Source of the DNA: an uncultured delta proteobacterium
GTDB lineage: Bacteria > Myxococcota_A > Polyangia > Fen-1088
Assembly (NCBI GenBank): GCA_963755125.1
Contig: CAVWIP010000002.1
Coordinates: 64,001 to 128,000, forward strand
Reading direction: 5' to 3'
DNA: 64,000 nt
The translations under genes and the position numbers were made by a program. This document shows positions 9,509 through 19,959 of the stretch, one piece after another. The notes under the pieces were generated by a model. The model saw only the letters and a list, made by a program, of their open reading frames with translations. It did not search any database and was not told the origin of the DNA. Positions within the stretch are counted from its first letter, which is position 1. Every line of letters starts with the position of its first letter.

Positions 9509-9814
9509 ATGTTGGACAAAGAGAAGAAGCGATCCCGGCGCATGCACACGCGCGAGTTCAAGGCAGACTTGGTGGCGCTCGTCCGTGCAGGACGCAGCGT
9601 CGCGCAGGTAGCAAAGGACTTCAGGGTGGCAAGCAGCCTGGTGTACCAGTGGGATCGGCAGTCGAGGGTAGACGAGGGCAAGGGCCCTGCTGGCGCCCTG
9701 ACGACCGCCGAGAAGGAAGAACTTTCGCATCTGCGTCGCGAGGTGAAAGTCCTCCGCATGGAGCGTGAGATTTTAAAAAGGGCGGCCACCTTCTTCGCCA
9801 AGGAGAGCGCGTGA
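9509..9814 (+). CDS. IS3 transposase OrfA
   Basis: EFKADLV...SVAQVA HTH, LRREV..LRMEREILKRAATFFAKE. Confidence 0.93.
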   Translation: MLDKEKKRSRRMHTREFKADLVALVRAGRSVAQVAKDFRVASSLVYQWDRQSRVDEGKGPAGALTTAEKEELSHLRREVKVLRMEREILKRAATFFAKESA

Positions 9815-10695
9815 GGTTTGCGTTCATCTCCGAGGAGAAGGTGGCCTTCCCCGTCGCGGTCCTCTGCCGTGTCTTGGCCGTTTCGCCCAGTGGCTACTAC
9901 GCCAGCCAGGGACGGCCCGCCTCGTTGCACGCACGCCGTGACCAGGATCTGTCCGAGCGGATAGCCGCGATTCATCACGGGAGCCGGCGACGATACGGCA
10001 GTCCCCGTGTTCATGCCGACCTCAAAGCTTCCGGGGATCGGGTGGGTTGCAAGCGGGTGGCCAGGCTGATGCGCGAAAACAAGCTGGTGGCGCGCTGTCG
10101 TCATCGTTTTCGCACGACCACCGACTCGAAGCACAGCTTCCCCATCGCGCCGAATGTGCTGGAGCGCAACTTCACCGCGCTTCGTCCAAACCAGTCGTGG
10201 GTCACTGACATCACGTTTCTGTGGACGCAGCAAGGCTGGCTGTACCTCGCGGTGATTCTCGACCTGTTTTCCAGGCGGGTTGTCGGCTGGGCGACCAGTC
10301 GGAATGTCGATCGCCACCTCGCGCTCGCGGCACTGGCCATGGCCTTGTGCCAACGCCAGCCCGGCAGCGGCCTGGTTCACCACTCAGATCGAGGCAGCAC
10401 GTACGCGAGCGACGACTACCGCAAAGCCTTGGAAGCCGGAAGCATAGAATGCAGCATGAGCCGGAAGGGAGACTGCTGGGATAATGCCGTGGCCGAGAGT
10501 TTCTTCGCGACCCTCAAGCGCGAGTTGGAAGACATCGACGATCTCGAAAGCTGGGAGGCAGCTAACCTCTCGATTGGCGAGTACATCGAAGGCTTCTACA
10601 ATCCTTGCCGCCGTCATTCGGCGCTCAATTACAACAGCCCAATCGAATTTGAGCTGATGCACTCAGTGAAGAAAGCTGGTAAGAAAGCTGCGTAA
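9811..10695 (+). CDS. IS3 transposase OrfB (DDE)
   Basis: YGSPRV, WVTDIT, DLFSRRVVGW, HHSDRGS, CWDNAVAESFF, YN..RRHSAL. Confidence 0.95.
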   Translation: MRFAFISEEKVAFPVAVLCRVLAVSPSGYYASQGRPASLHARRDQDLSERIAAIHHGSRRRYGSPRVHADLKASGDRVGCKRVARLMRENKLVARCRHRFRTTTDSKHSFPIAPNVLERNFTALRPNQSWVTDITFLWTQQGWLYLAVILDLFSRRVVGWATSRNVDRHLALAALAMALCQRQPGSGLVHHSDRGSTYASDDYRKALEAGSIECSMSRKGDCWDNAVAESFFATLKRELEDIDDLESWEAANLSIGEYIEGFYNPCRRHSALNYNSPIEFELMHSVKKAGKKAA

Positions 10696-13600
10696 CGAAA
10701 CCGTCCACCAAATCGGGTCAACTCCACTCGTCTATCGGGAGCCGAGCCAGAGTGCTTCGGAACTGCGAGCCTTCGGCCAGACACTGAAGCCGGCCGTGAA
10801 TGTCCACGGCCCCGTCGTCGTACCAACGCGACGAGAGCAGTGGAGATACGCGGCCATCTGGAAGCACAGGAACGCCCATCCTGCCAGCGAGTTCCTCGGT
10901 GAAGTCCCTCACCATCGAGGGGAAGTCGAAGGAGGCATGGCAGTAGGGGTGGAAGGTGACGAGACCTCCACCGGAGGCCAGTCCTAGCAAGCAGCGTCCC
11001 AGGACCTTTCCGCGAGGATTGCGGAGGTAGAGGATGCGCTTGTTGATGTCTGTCATGTTCACGATGACAGAGAAGTAGTTGAAGGCGCCAGGGGATAGAC
11101 AAGTCTCGAAATGCGCGCCCATCTGCAGCACCTCCAGCGGATCATTCTCCAACTCCAAAACAGCGTTCCCCACATTCGGGCTCGTGTGCTGAAACGAGCC
11201 GATTCCGTCTAGCCAGGGTTCGATGCGAACGCCGTTGCGTCGGAGGTGAGCGAGAAAACGTGCGTTCTTGTCATGGTCCCGCAGATCCCACGGGGGCTGG
11301 CCCACGCGACGCTTGAGAACGAGCCGTGCAAGCGCCCGAAATTCGCTGGGCAGGCGGGCTATCCCCATCAGGCACTTGAGGATGGGCTCCTGCCACCAAT
11401 CATCTGGAATGGCCTCGAGCCCAAGCAGCTTTGGAAGACGTTGCCTGAGCTCCGCATCGATCTGGTCCACCCAACGTTCCAGACGAATTCTACGGGTCGT
11501 GTGTGCGATCTTGGCCTGTAGCTTCTCGACCCTTTGCTGACTGAGGACGGGACGCGCGACAAGCAGATCCTCAAGGGCTCGGATGCGAGCGCCGAGGGCT
11601 GTCGCTTCCTCCACCAAACGCACCTTGTCCCGGAGTACCTGAAGCTCCCGATGAATCTCCTCTCGCGAGCGAAACGCAGGACCCAGTATCCTCACCGCGA
11701 CTTCCTCGGCAGCGGGTGTCGTGGCGGCCAATTCGGCTAGCACCGTCTTCAGCTCCGGAGCGCAATCGAGAATCCCCGTCAGCTTGACGGGTGATTCACC
11801 CGCGATGTGGGCACCGATGGCGACCTTCGAATTGAGCAGGTCTGCACGATCCAATCCCCGGCACAAAAGGGCGCCATGTCCGTCGAGGAGCGCCTGGCGG
11901 TACAGCGACTCAGAACCGACCTTCGACAGCAATAGCTTGCGGTCGTGCCAAGGCAGTGCGAGCAGCCCGTGAAGAATCGGCATGAAGGCGCCCGGCTCCG
12001 TCAAACACAGCCGAGCGGCTCCACTCAGCAAATCGAGGTCGGGACGGTCTGCTTCTCCCAGATTCGAGGCAAACAGCCGTTTGAACCATCGCGCTGCCAC
12101 GGAAGCATCGGTCGTGGCGCTGCAAAGCACGGAAAGCCATTCGTGGAATTCAACCTCCGACTCGCGATCACCAGACGGCCCCACGAGGGCAAGAGCATCA
12201 AAGAACCGATCGCACTGCTCCCTTGAGCGAAGAACGTCGGGGCGGTCGATGGTCCACGGCATGCTGTCGGCAAGGTTCGGGTGCCGCTTGATGGCCCGTC
12301 TCATTACTCCGAGCCAGTCGAGCAGCACTGGGTCCGGGACCTCACTGCTGAGGGCAGGAATTGCCGCCGGTAGCCCCGTGTTGAGCAGCGGCATCTGCAC
12401 CGCCAATGCTACGAGATCGCGGTGCTGTGCCGTGCTCGCACAGCGAGAAAGCCGACGAATGGACTCGAGACCTGTCTTCAGGGCGCCACACTGCCCCGGT
12501 ACGGCGCCAATCGAATTCAGCTTCTTTTTGGCCTTCGCCTCCTCCCATTCTGACCAAGCTACTCCTGTCGTGGCCGCCATTTTGCGCAGATCATCCAACG
12601 CTTGCTGGATTTCACCCCACCGTATCCGCCAGTGTTCGAGAGGTTCTTCCAAGCGACCATAGGTCGCCGAGAAGAGGTCGAGCGCTCGATGCCGTGCGGA
12701 CGACTCCTCTGCCAGAAGTCTTGTCGTCCAGTGACTGAGCCACACGCCAAGCCTCCCGAAATCGAGTTCAGAAAGCGTGAACACGTCACCCGCCTTGACC
12801 ATTGGGAGCAGACGCTCGGGGTAGAGCCCAAGAAGCGGTCCCTGCCAGGCTCGGGAGTCGAGTACCAGTCGTTCGAGCACCGCGAGCCGAGATTCGCGTG
12901 CCTCGGCTCGCAGAGCGCGAAGTCGGAGGCAAAGGGCGCCAAAGTCGTGGTCGCGCGGGGCAATGCGGATAACCCCTACGATTTGCTGCCGACGTGCCGA
13001 GACCCACTCGAGCATTTCGGCCCCTTCGCTGGGGTCCGAGCAGAAGTACCAGGACAGATCAGCAAGGAGTTGAGACAGCAAAGGCTCGGTGCCTACTAGC
13101 TCCGCGGCTGTTCCGGCGATCGGATTTCCGAATCGTGCTTCCCTGCCGAACAGGGAACGTGGAGCACGACCATCGCGGAGCCCTTGCTTGACCCAGCCCA
13201 CGGCTGCCTTCATGTTGGCGGACCAGACATCCACGTCGCCGACCGCATCCGCGAGGGCTCGGGGAAACCGCTGCGGCAACTCGGCGATTGCCCGACTGGC
13301 TTTCGTGATGACGGTCGAGTCGATGGTGATTCGCTCTGGGCCTTCCTTTGCACGAAGGGGAAAGACCCAGTCGACGTTGCCCGACTGCCACTTCTTAGGG
13401 TACCCACGAAGCCAGTCGAGATCCGCCTTGAGCCGCGCGCGCACGAGGGCGAGCGCTCGCGCCTTTCGTGTCTCTTCGGAGTGGTGGGGTTTCATGCGCG
13501 GGAGACCCGCCGTGGACCAGTGCAGGGGCGAAGGGGCACGGCGGCGCTGATGATGGTACCCGTCGTCGCCTCGATAATCGAGGATTCTCCGGCCGAGCTA

Positions 13601-13863
13601 GAGTGGGTCGGCGTGCTGCCTCTTTGAGCCGTGCGATGGCTTTGCCCAAGGCGGGACACTCTTGGGTGCGGTCGGCGTGTTGGCCAAACTCGGCCATCAC
13701 GTATTTTCCGAGAACCGTCTCCAAGAGCCAGCCGGCGCAGATGTCATCCGCGATCTCGACTCGCTCTACGACGTCTGGTTCCGGCGCAGGGTGAAGCGCT
13801 TCGGCACGGGATGCTTCGCCCATCCGTCCTAAACACCGTGCTGGCCTGCCGAGTGGTGTCTTC

Positions 13864-14103
13864 TCACGCTCGCCGAAAGAAGATGAATTTCTCCAGGTCC
13901 TGCTTCACAACCCGGACCGCATTGAGCACTCGAACATGAGGGAGCGCCCCGGAGGCGCACAACTTGTACACCGTGGCCGTGCAGACTCGAAGTCTAGCCG
14001 CGACCTCCTTCGCGGTCAGGAGCGAAACCTGGTTGGCCTGGAGTAGGCGCAGGGTAGGGGACGTCGTGTGCTCGGCCCGCTCGCCTCGCCCACCGGGTAC
14101 CAC
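13864..14103 (-). CDS. Excisionase-like HTH domain; in frame with the integrase across the att core
   Basis: LLTAKEVAARLRVCTATVYKLCASGALPHVRVLNAVRV; frame stays open from 14274 to the stop at 13864. Confidence 0.85.
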   Translation of the reverse strand: MVPGGRGERAEHTTSPTLRLLQANQVSLLTAKEVAARLRVCTATVYKLCASGALPHVRVLNAVRVVKQDLEKFIFFRRA

Positions 14104-14231
14104 AGGGGAACCAAAACGGGTGTGAAAGTCTGCTAATGGCTGGTACAGTCGGACTGTGACGCGGGATCGATCCTGAACGATTGCCGACAGTTGCGAACCG
14201 TTGATACTGCCTGCGACGGTCCCGTCGGAGA

Positions 14232-14274
14232 TTTGGGTGCAGGATGTCGTCGGTTCAAATCCGGCCGCCCCGAC
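14232..14274 (+). repeat. att core, right copy (displaced tRNA-Pro 3' fragment)
   Basis: Identical to 2751-2793; continues as ...gACCA. Confidence 0.95.
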
Positions 14275-14341
14275 CAGGACAATCGACCGGCTCTCGCTGA
14301 ACCGCCGACGTTCTCAGGTCAATCGACAGACACCGCGCGCG

Positions 14342-15997
14342 TCAGTTGCCGTACCCCGCCGCGACGATGTTCGCCTGGACGGCTTGGGCCGTTACATCGG
14401 ACGCCGCGCCCGAGGTCAAGACGCCTTCGTAGAAGTCGCCCTGGGCAGTGTCGGTGCCGTCGCCGCCGGTGCCGAGAACGATGGCGCCCTGCTTTTTCAT
14501 CGGATTATAGCCGCTTGGACGTACGCCGTCGTAAAAGCTCGTTAGGGTTCCCGTTTGCGCGTTACCACCTAGGAGCGCGAACGACCCGGATCTCCCTATC
14601 ACCATCGCAGTTACATACGGGGACGTTTGCGAAGTATCCGCGGCGTTCGCGGCAAAGCTCGCTTGCGCGTAGACGCCGTTTTCCATGTCCGCCATGACCC
14701 AGGGACCGGCGCCACCCCCCTTTCCTTGAGACGTCCAGTTGCCAAAATAGACAGCCTCCATGGTGCCCGCGCCATCGTCATGGTTGTCCGTCTCGGCGTT
14801 TCCGTAATCGAAGCAGCAACTGGCGTTGAAGAAGGTGCCGCTCGTCACCATGTATTCGGTCTCTGGCTGGTCGCCGGTCGCGACGCCTGTGGTCTGGTCG
14901 ACGCGGTAGCCGTATCCGACAGGGAGGTGGACGCCGTAGACCGTGTGACCGGAGATGGTGAACTTGAGGGCCGTCGCGTCGGCCTCTTTGGGAGCCGTCG
15001 TATTTCTCTGACCGATGGGCGCCTGCTTGAGGTGGTTATTCTTGCCGGACTGGTCGTAGATGATGGTGATGGTGCACGTCGTGCCTGTGCAGAAGGTGTC
15101 CTGCGTGGCCGAGTTGGCGAAGCCTCCTGGGCTCAGCACCCCGATGTCTTTCGTCGTGTTGTCCGAGGCGCGCGTGACCTGGTAAAGGTTGCCGTTGTAC
15201 GCGCCCAAAAGAGCCCGCACCGTGCTGTGGGCTGCGACACAGGGGGCATTGCCGGCTGCAAAGATGTCGCAAGGCCCAGTACCGGCCGTTGTCGTGCCAC
15301 CCGCGCCGGTCTTTCCGCCTGCGCCGGGGATTCCACCCGAACCGGTGGCACCGCCTGAACCAACCTGACCGCCGCTTGCGCCTCCAGTGGTTGCCCCACC
15401 GGTTGAAACTGTTCCACCCGCAGCCTTTGTACCGCCAGTGCCGGTGATGCCCCCAGTTGCAATTCCACCACCGGTCGCAAGCGAACCGCCTGTAGCCATT
15501 GCGCCGCCCGCGCTCCGCATTCCACCGGTCGCGATGCCGCCGCTTGCGGGAGTGCCCCCCGCGCCCGTGGCTGTGCTCCCTCCGCTGGCAAGCGAGCCAC
15601 CTTCCGCGACCGAGCCGCCAGTCCCCGCAGAGCCTCCCCCCGTGTTCGAGATTCCGCCCGCGGCACTGCTTCCTCCTGTGCTGGTCACACCTCCGGTCGC
15701 GGCGTTGCTCGTGCCGCCTGTCCCTTGTCCTGTTGCGCTGCCGCCGCTCCGCATTCCACCGGTCGCCATGCCTCCGGTTGCGGGAGTGCCCCCCGCGCCC
15801 GTGGCCGTGCTCCCTCCATTGGCAAGCGAGCCACCTTTTGCGGCGTTGCCACCGGCGTTGCCCGTGCCGCCTGTCCCCTGTCCTTTGGACTCGCCAGATC
15901 CAGAGCATCCCAGTAGGAAAGCTCCGACCATCCCGGAGAGCAGCAGAGTCCTTGCAAACCGAAGCGTTCGCGTGACGCTTGGCGCCGTGTGCATCAT
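14342..15997 (-). CDS. abfB: GH54 alpha-L-arabinofuranosidase B lipoprotein with long Gly/Thr linker
   Basis: GPCDI..CVAAHSTVRAL, CCFDYGNAE, GTMEA, ADMENG, MKKQGAIVLGTGGD, FYEG; lipobox LLGC; GAGGAG RBS. Confidence 0.9.
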   Translation of the reverse strand: MMHTAPSVTRTLRFARTLLLSGMVGAFLLGCSGSGESKGQGTGGTGNAGGNAAKGGSLANGGSTATGAGGTPATGGMATGGMRSGGSATGQGTGGTSNAATGGVTSTGGSSAAGGISNTGGGSAGTGGSVAEGGSLASGGSTATGAGGTPASGGIATGGMRSAGGAMATGGSLATGGGIATGGITGTGGTKAAGGTVSTGGATTGGASGGQVGSGGATGSGGIPGAGGKTGAGGTTTAGTGPCDIFAAGNAPCVAAHSTVRALLGAYNGNLYQVTRASDNTTKDIGVLSPGGFANSATQDTFCTGTTCTITIIYDQSGKNNHLKQAPIGQRNTTAPKEADATALKFTISGHTVYGVHLPVGYGYRVDQTTGVATGDQPETEYMVTSGTFFNASCCFDYGNAETDNHDDGAGTMEAVYFGNWTSQGKGGGAGPWVMADMENGVYAQASFAANAADTSQTSPYVTAMVIGRSGSFALLGGNAQTGTLTSFYDGVRPSGYNPMKKQGAIVLGTGGDGTDTAQGDFYEGVLTSGAASDVTAQAVQANIVAAGYGN

Positions 15998-16414
15998 CTC
16001 AAGACTCCTCTCGCCAAAGCAGCGGCGATCGCGGTCGTTGGGCATCATTGAATTTGCATCCTTTCTGATGATAGTTCCGCCAGCACCTCTCCACGGCTCG
16101 AATACCTATCGCGGAGACCATCGCATTGAACGGCGCCATGACGGTCGAGTCCGACACTACGCGTTTGCGCGCCGGATTCCGGCGTCGCGGTGGCTACCTT
16201 GCCTCGCGAGGCCATCGCCGGTGTTGTGGTCACGCTCGCCGGGGCGGCGAGGACCAGCCGTCGGCTGGCATGGCCAAGCCGCAGGGCACGGCCGACGCGG
16301 GAAACGCGCGTTGTTCGGCTGCCTCCGCGAACTCTTCCTCGGCATCCACGTCTCTCGACGGGGTTGCCGCTCTTGCGTACAGAAACTGTGGAAATGTCTT
16401 CGCTCGTAGCTGGG

Positions 16415-18034
16415 CTACAGGCCCCACGAATACTGAAGCCGGGCGAGGCCGGAAGCGTTGGTCACGGTCAATGTGAGAGTGGACCCCGCTCCGCTAATCT
16501 TGGCGACGCTCATCCCGTTCGTGCCTTCCAGGCCCGCCCAAAGACAGCCACCCATCGGATAGGCCCTGAACTGGTCCGGAACCCCCATCATGAAGGCACT
16601 GTTGACGTCAGTGGGAGTGCCGGTACCACTGTAAACGACCCCGCCGCTCAGCGGCGCTCCCCATTCCGTCGCGACGGTCCGGCTGGAATAGGCGCCCACC
16701 TTCTGTTGGATGACCTGCTCCCAGCCTGCGGCTGTGAGCGAGTTGCTGTTCGAAGGATACACGTGAAGGTTCAGCAAGGTTCCGTTCAGACGAGAGTCCG
16801 CCCCCACCTGCGTCACATCGGCATCCCACCCGTTTCCAGTCACGACCCCAGCCACGAGGACCCGCGCCCTGGGAACATTGGGGAACAGGGCCAGCCACTG
16901 CGCCACCAAGTCAGCCCACGCCGGCTCGGTATACCCGTAGGGCTCGTTGGCGATATCGAAATAGACTAGGGGGTTGTCATTGTATGTGGTGATGACGGTT
17001 TGCCACATAGTGTTGAAGGCGGTCACGTCGTCGGGTTTGCCATTTTGGTGGGCCCAATAGCCCAAGATGACCTTGAAGTTCTGGCTGGTGGCTGCGTCGA
17101 TGATTGCCTTGTAGCCCGTCGTCCACCAGGTACCTGACACCGTGGGCTCGTTGATCCCCACCCGGATGGTATTGGCTTCCAGGACCGATTGGAAGCCGGA
17201 CAAGATCGCGTTGGCCGTCACCAGGGCCGTGGCGTAGGTGTCCGTCGTAGCAGAGAGCCCGGTCGGCTGAATATTGCCCGTCTGGTAGTTGTCGCCAGGA
17301 TCTGCCCAGTTGACGCAACGGAAGCTCGATGTGTCCGCAGCCAGGCCGGCATCGCCGCTGCTCGTCGAGCCGCCAGGCGCCGTGGCGCCACCCGTGCTGG
17401 TGGTTCCACCCCTGGCTCCGCCGGTGTTTCCACCAGCGGCCGTGGTTCCGCCGAGAACCGGGGTTCCGCCGGTACCCGTTTCGATGTTGGTCGTTCCCCC
17501 GGCTCCCGTGGTGCCGCCCGCTCTTCCGCCGCTGGCCGTGGTGCCACCTCCTCGCGTGGTGCCACCAGCCGCTCCGCCGGCAGACGACGTGCCGCCCGTT
17601 GCTGTGGTTCCGCCTGAGACTGTGGTGCCGCCCGTGGGCGTCGAGCCACCTGTGGGCGCGGAGCCCCCGGTGGCCGGGGAGCGGCCACCCGTGGGACTGC
17701 CTCCCGTCGGGCTGGTGCCTCCCGCTGCGCTGGTGCCTCCCGCTGCGCTGGTGCCTCCCGCTGCGCTCGTGCTGCTGGTCGCGCCACCGGAAGGTTGGAT
17801 GCTTCCTCCAGCCGCGGGCATCCCGCCTGTGGCTGGAGTCGTCGTGCTGCCCCCTTTCGCCACAGTGCCCCCAGTGCTCGTGGTACCGCTGCTAACAATT
17901 ACGCCGCCGCCCCCGAGGCTACCGCCGGTCCCCTTTCCAGGACTGCTGCTGCTAGAGCATGAGCCGAGAGCCAGGGCCAGTGAGAAACCTGTCAGCACTG
18001 TGAGACGGATCGAATGCTGAGGGAGGGAAGTCAT
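16415..18034 (-). CDS. GH5-family glycoside hydrolase lipoprotein with Gly/Thr linker
   Basis: VNWAD..DN, IRVGINE, IANEP acid/base, LHVY, TEWG nucleophile; lipobox LGSC; GGAGG RBS. Confidence 0.82.
   Translation of the reverse strand: MTSLPQHSIRLTVLTGFSLALALGSCSSSSSPGKGTGGSLGGGGVIVSSGTTSTGGTVAKGGSTTTPATGGMPAAGGSIQPSGGATSSTSAAGGTSAAGGTSAAGGTSPTGGSPTGGRSPATGGSAPTGGSTPTGGTTVSGGTTATGGTSSAGGAAGGTTRGGGTTASGGRAGGTTGAGGTTNIETGTGGTPVLGGTTAAGGNTGGARGGTTSTGGATAPGGSTSSGDAGLAADTSSFRCVNWADPGDNYQTGNIQPTGLSATTDTYATALVTANAILSGFQSVLEANTIRVGINEPTVSGTWWTTGYKAIIDAATSQNFKVILGYWAHQNGKPDDVTAFNTMWQTVITTYNDNPLVYFDIANEPYGYTEPAWADLVAQWLALFPNVPRARVLVAGVVTGNGWDADVTQVGADSRLNGTLLNLHVYPSNSNSLTAAGWEQVIQQKVGAYSSRTVATEWGAPLSGGVVYSGTGTPTDVNSAFMMGVPDQFRAYPMGGCLWAGLEGTNGMSVAKISGAGSTLTLTVTNASGLARLQYSWGL
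17711..17766. repeat. 18-bp tandem repeat x3 encoding SAAGGT in the GH5 linker
   Basis: gctggtgcctcccgctgc repeated three times. Confidence 0.85.
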
Positions 18035-18325
18035 CGAGAAACCTCCTGTCTTGAAACCGTTGTGTTGAAAATGTTGCTGACAGCAAGACCTTCTCTCTAG
18101 CAAGGGGCGTGCGCCGGCACACCCCTTGCGTCATGAATTGCCTGTCGACCTAGCAGTAGCGCCTGAAGCAGTTTCGGTTCAAACGGCTGTTTGCCAGCTA
18201 GCATTAGGCCAGGTGACCGTCACCGCCTCCGCCCGTCCGGATTCACTCTGCTTCTCTTCGATCCCTTCTTGGCACCAGACCGCGGGCGAGGCGAATCCGA
18301 GCGGAGCGGTAGAGAAGGCGAGTTA

Positions 18326-19358
18326 ACCCCTGTGCTCACCTGAGTGGAAATAGTTCTTGCCTTGATGGGTAGCCCATGATCTCTTGGGCGCATGGCAGAA
18401 CCGTACTCGACCGAACTGAGGAACCGTGTGGTCCGAGCCTACGAAGCGGGCGAAGGTGGCTACGCCGCTGTTGGTGTCCGATTTGACGTCTGCGCAGCCA
18501 CGGTCTTCCGCTGGGTTCGACTCTATCGAGCCAACGGCGATACGACGCCACGACCCAAAAGAGGCGGAACGCCGTCGACCATCGCCGCCGAGGAAATCGC
18601 CGGCTTGCTCGACAAGCTGGGCGACCCCACAGCGAAAGAACTGACGGCGGAGTTCAACCGCGGCCGGCGCGGGCGAGCGCGGGTCCATGCATCGAGTATG
18701 AAGAGAGCGCTTCATCGTCACGGCTACGTGGTCAAAAAAAACGCCGCCGGCCGCTGGAGAGTCTGCGGCCCGAAGTCATAGCGAAGCGCGGCGCCTACCG
18801 ACGCTGGATCGCCCGCGTCCCCACGGATCGCCTGGTATTTCTCGACGAGTCGGGGCTGAACACCTCGATGGGGCGGAGCCACGCGTGGGTCAAGCGCGGA
18901 TGCGAGTTTATCGACCGGGTGCCGATGAACTGGGGCAAGAACCTGACCCTCTATGGAGCGATTCGCCGCTCCGGTTGGGTGGCCCTCAACACCGCCTTCG
19001 AATCGGCGAACGCAGACCGTTTCGTCAACTGGCTGTCGACCAGTCTGCTTCCCAAGCTTCGCAGAGGCGACGTCCTGGTCATGGACAACCTCAAAGCTCA
19101 CCACGACCCACGCGTTCGTCCTGTCTGTGGAGGGTACAGCATCCGCGTCGTGTACCTGCCGCCCTATTCGCCCGACTACAACCCCATTGAGCCGGGATGG
19201 GCGCTGCAAAAACAGCTCGTCCGCAAGCACGCGCCTCGCAATGCCCACGCGCTCAGACGCATCGCCCGACGCGCACGCTATCGCGTCAGCTCCCGCCACT
19301 GTCGCAATTGGTTCACCCATGCCGGCTATCCATGAACAACTCAGGCGATCCCTGGGGT
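18326..19358 (+). mobile_element. IS630-family insertion sequence, ~1033 bp
   Basis: TA at both flanks (18324-5, 19359-60); imperfect IRs taacccctgtgctcacctgagt / taaccccagggatcgcctgagt (18/22). Confidence 0.9.
18392..19335 (+). CDS. IS630 transposase, two frames joined by a -1 frameshift at an A8 run (18734-18741)
   Basis: YSTELRNRVV HTH; the -1 frame gives VFLDESG, VMDNL..HH, YLPPYSPDYNPIE. Confidence 0.9.
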
Positions 19359-19780
19359 TAGTTGGCCCGGGGCATCTGCTTGTAGCAGTTGTCCGTGGTC
19401 ATGGTGGCATCGAGTTGCGAGGATGTCGCGACCAGGCGAATCGGCTCCCAGCGGTCCTTGCTGCCCAGTCCCCGCCAGCGAAGCTGCCCGACCCAGTCAC
19501 CGTGATCGTCGGCTTCGAGCCGCAGCATCTCCTCACCGACTGAGTAGCCGAAAAGCCCGGCCTTGCCCAGGTGAGAGACGCGCCCTGTGGCTTTCTTCCC
19601 ATCAACCCGGAACTCGACAACCATGCCCGCCATCTCGTCGCACGTCACAGACCAGCGGCCGGCAATGGGACCAGGATCCTTCTGCCAGGGAAAGCGCTCA
19701 TCCGCGCCACGGGCCGTCGCCACAAGGGCTGTCGCTAGGAAAAGCAGCGACGCACCCAATATCCGTTTAGAAATCGGCAT
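19358..19780 (-). CDS. Hypothetical secreted protein
   Basis: Signal peptide MPISKRILGASLLFLATALVATARG; GAGGTG RBS. Confidence 0.65.
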   Translation of the reverse strand: MPISKRILGASLLFLATALVATARGADERFPWQKDPGPIAGRWSVTCDEMAGMVVEFRVDGKKATGRVSHLGKAGLFGYSVGEEMLRLEADDHGDWVGQLRWRGLGSKDRWEPIRLVATSSQLDATMTTDNCYKQMPRAN

Positions 19781-19959
19781 GAACCACCTCGGCTGTTGCA
19801 ACTCTTGTCCGCAGCGGAAACCACAAGGCGCGAGCTTGAATGAAAGAGCTCGTGGTCGCCACAAGAACCTTGAAGAGAATGCAGGCCTGGTGGGTTGCGA
19901 TCGATACCCCGAAACGGCGCGCGGGGGGCGGACACATACACACGAAGTCGAGCGCCGCG

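Larger units (their letters stand above)
9447..10726 (+). mobile_element. IS3-family insertion sequence, 1280 bp, intact
   Basis: 24-bp terminal IRs (22/24 match; TG...CA), 3-bp target duplication CTC at 9444-9446 and 10727-10729. Confidence 0.96.
8892..13495 (-). pseudogene. Large hypothetical protein (~1106 aa reconstructed) interrupted by IS3
   Basis: Removing 9447-10726 plus one CTC copy joins ...RLPIDE to FVPALVKAL... in frame. Confidence 0.85.
2751..14274. mobile_element. Integrative element/genomic island inserted at tRNA-Pro (decayed)
   Basis: Exact 43-bp direct repeat of the tRNA 3' half at 2751-2793 and 14232-14274; integrase fragment at the left end, excisionase-like HTH at the right end, IS elements inside. 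Confidence 0.92.

Noticed and set aside
13395..13823. 142-aa ORF between the HTH and the large cargo gene
   Set aside because: No recognisable motif and it overlaps the next gene's start; cannot be supported.
14232..14276. Second tRNA-Pro gene
   Set aside because: Only the 3' half is present; no D arm or 5' acceptor strand. It is an att repeat.
15300..17900. CRISPR-like repeats
   Set aside because: The repeats are coding Gly/Thr linkers with no unique spacers; no cas genes or arrays were seen anywhere in the window.
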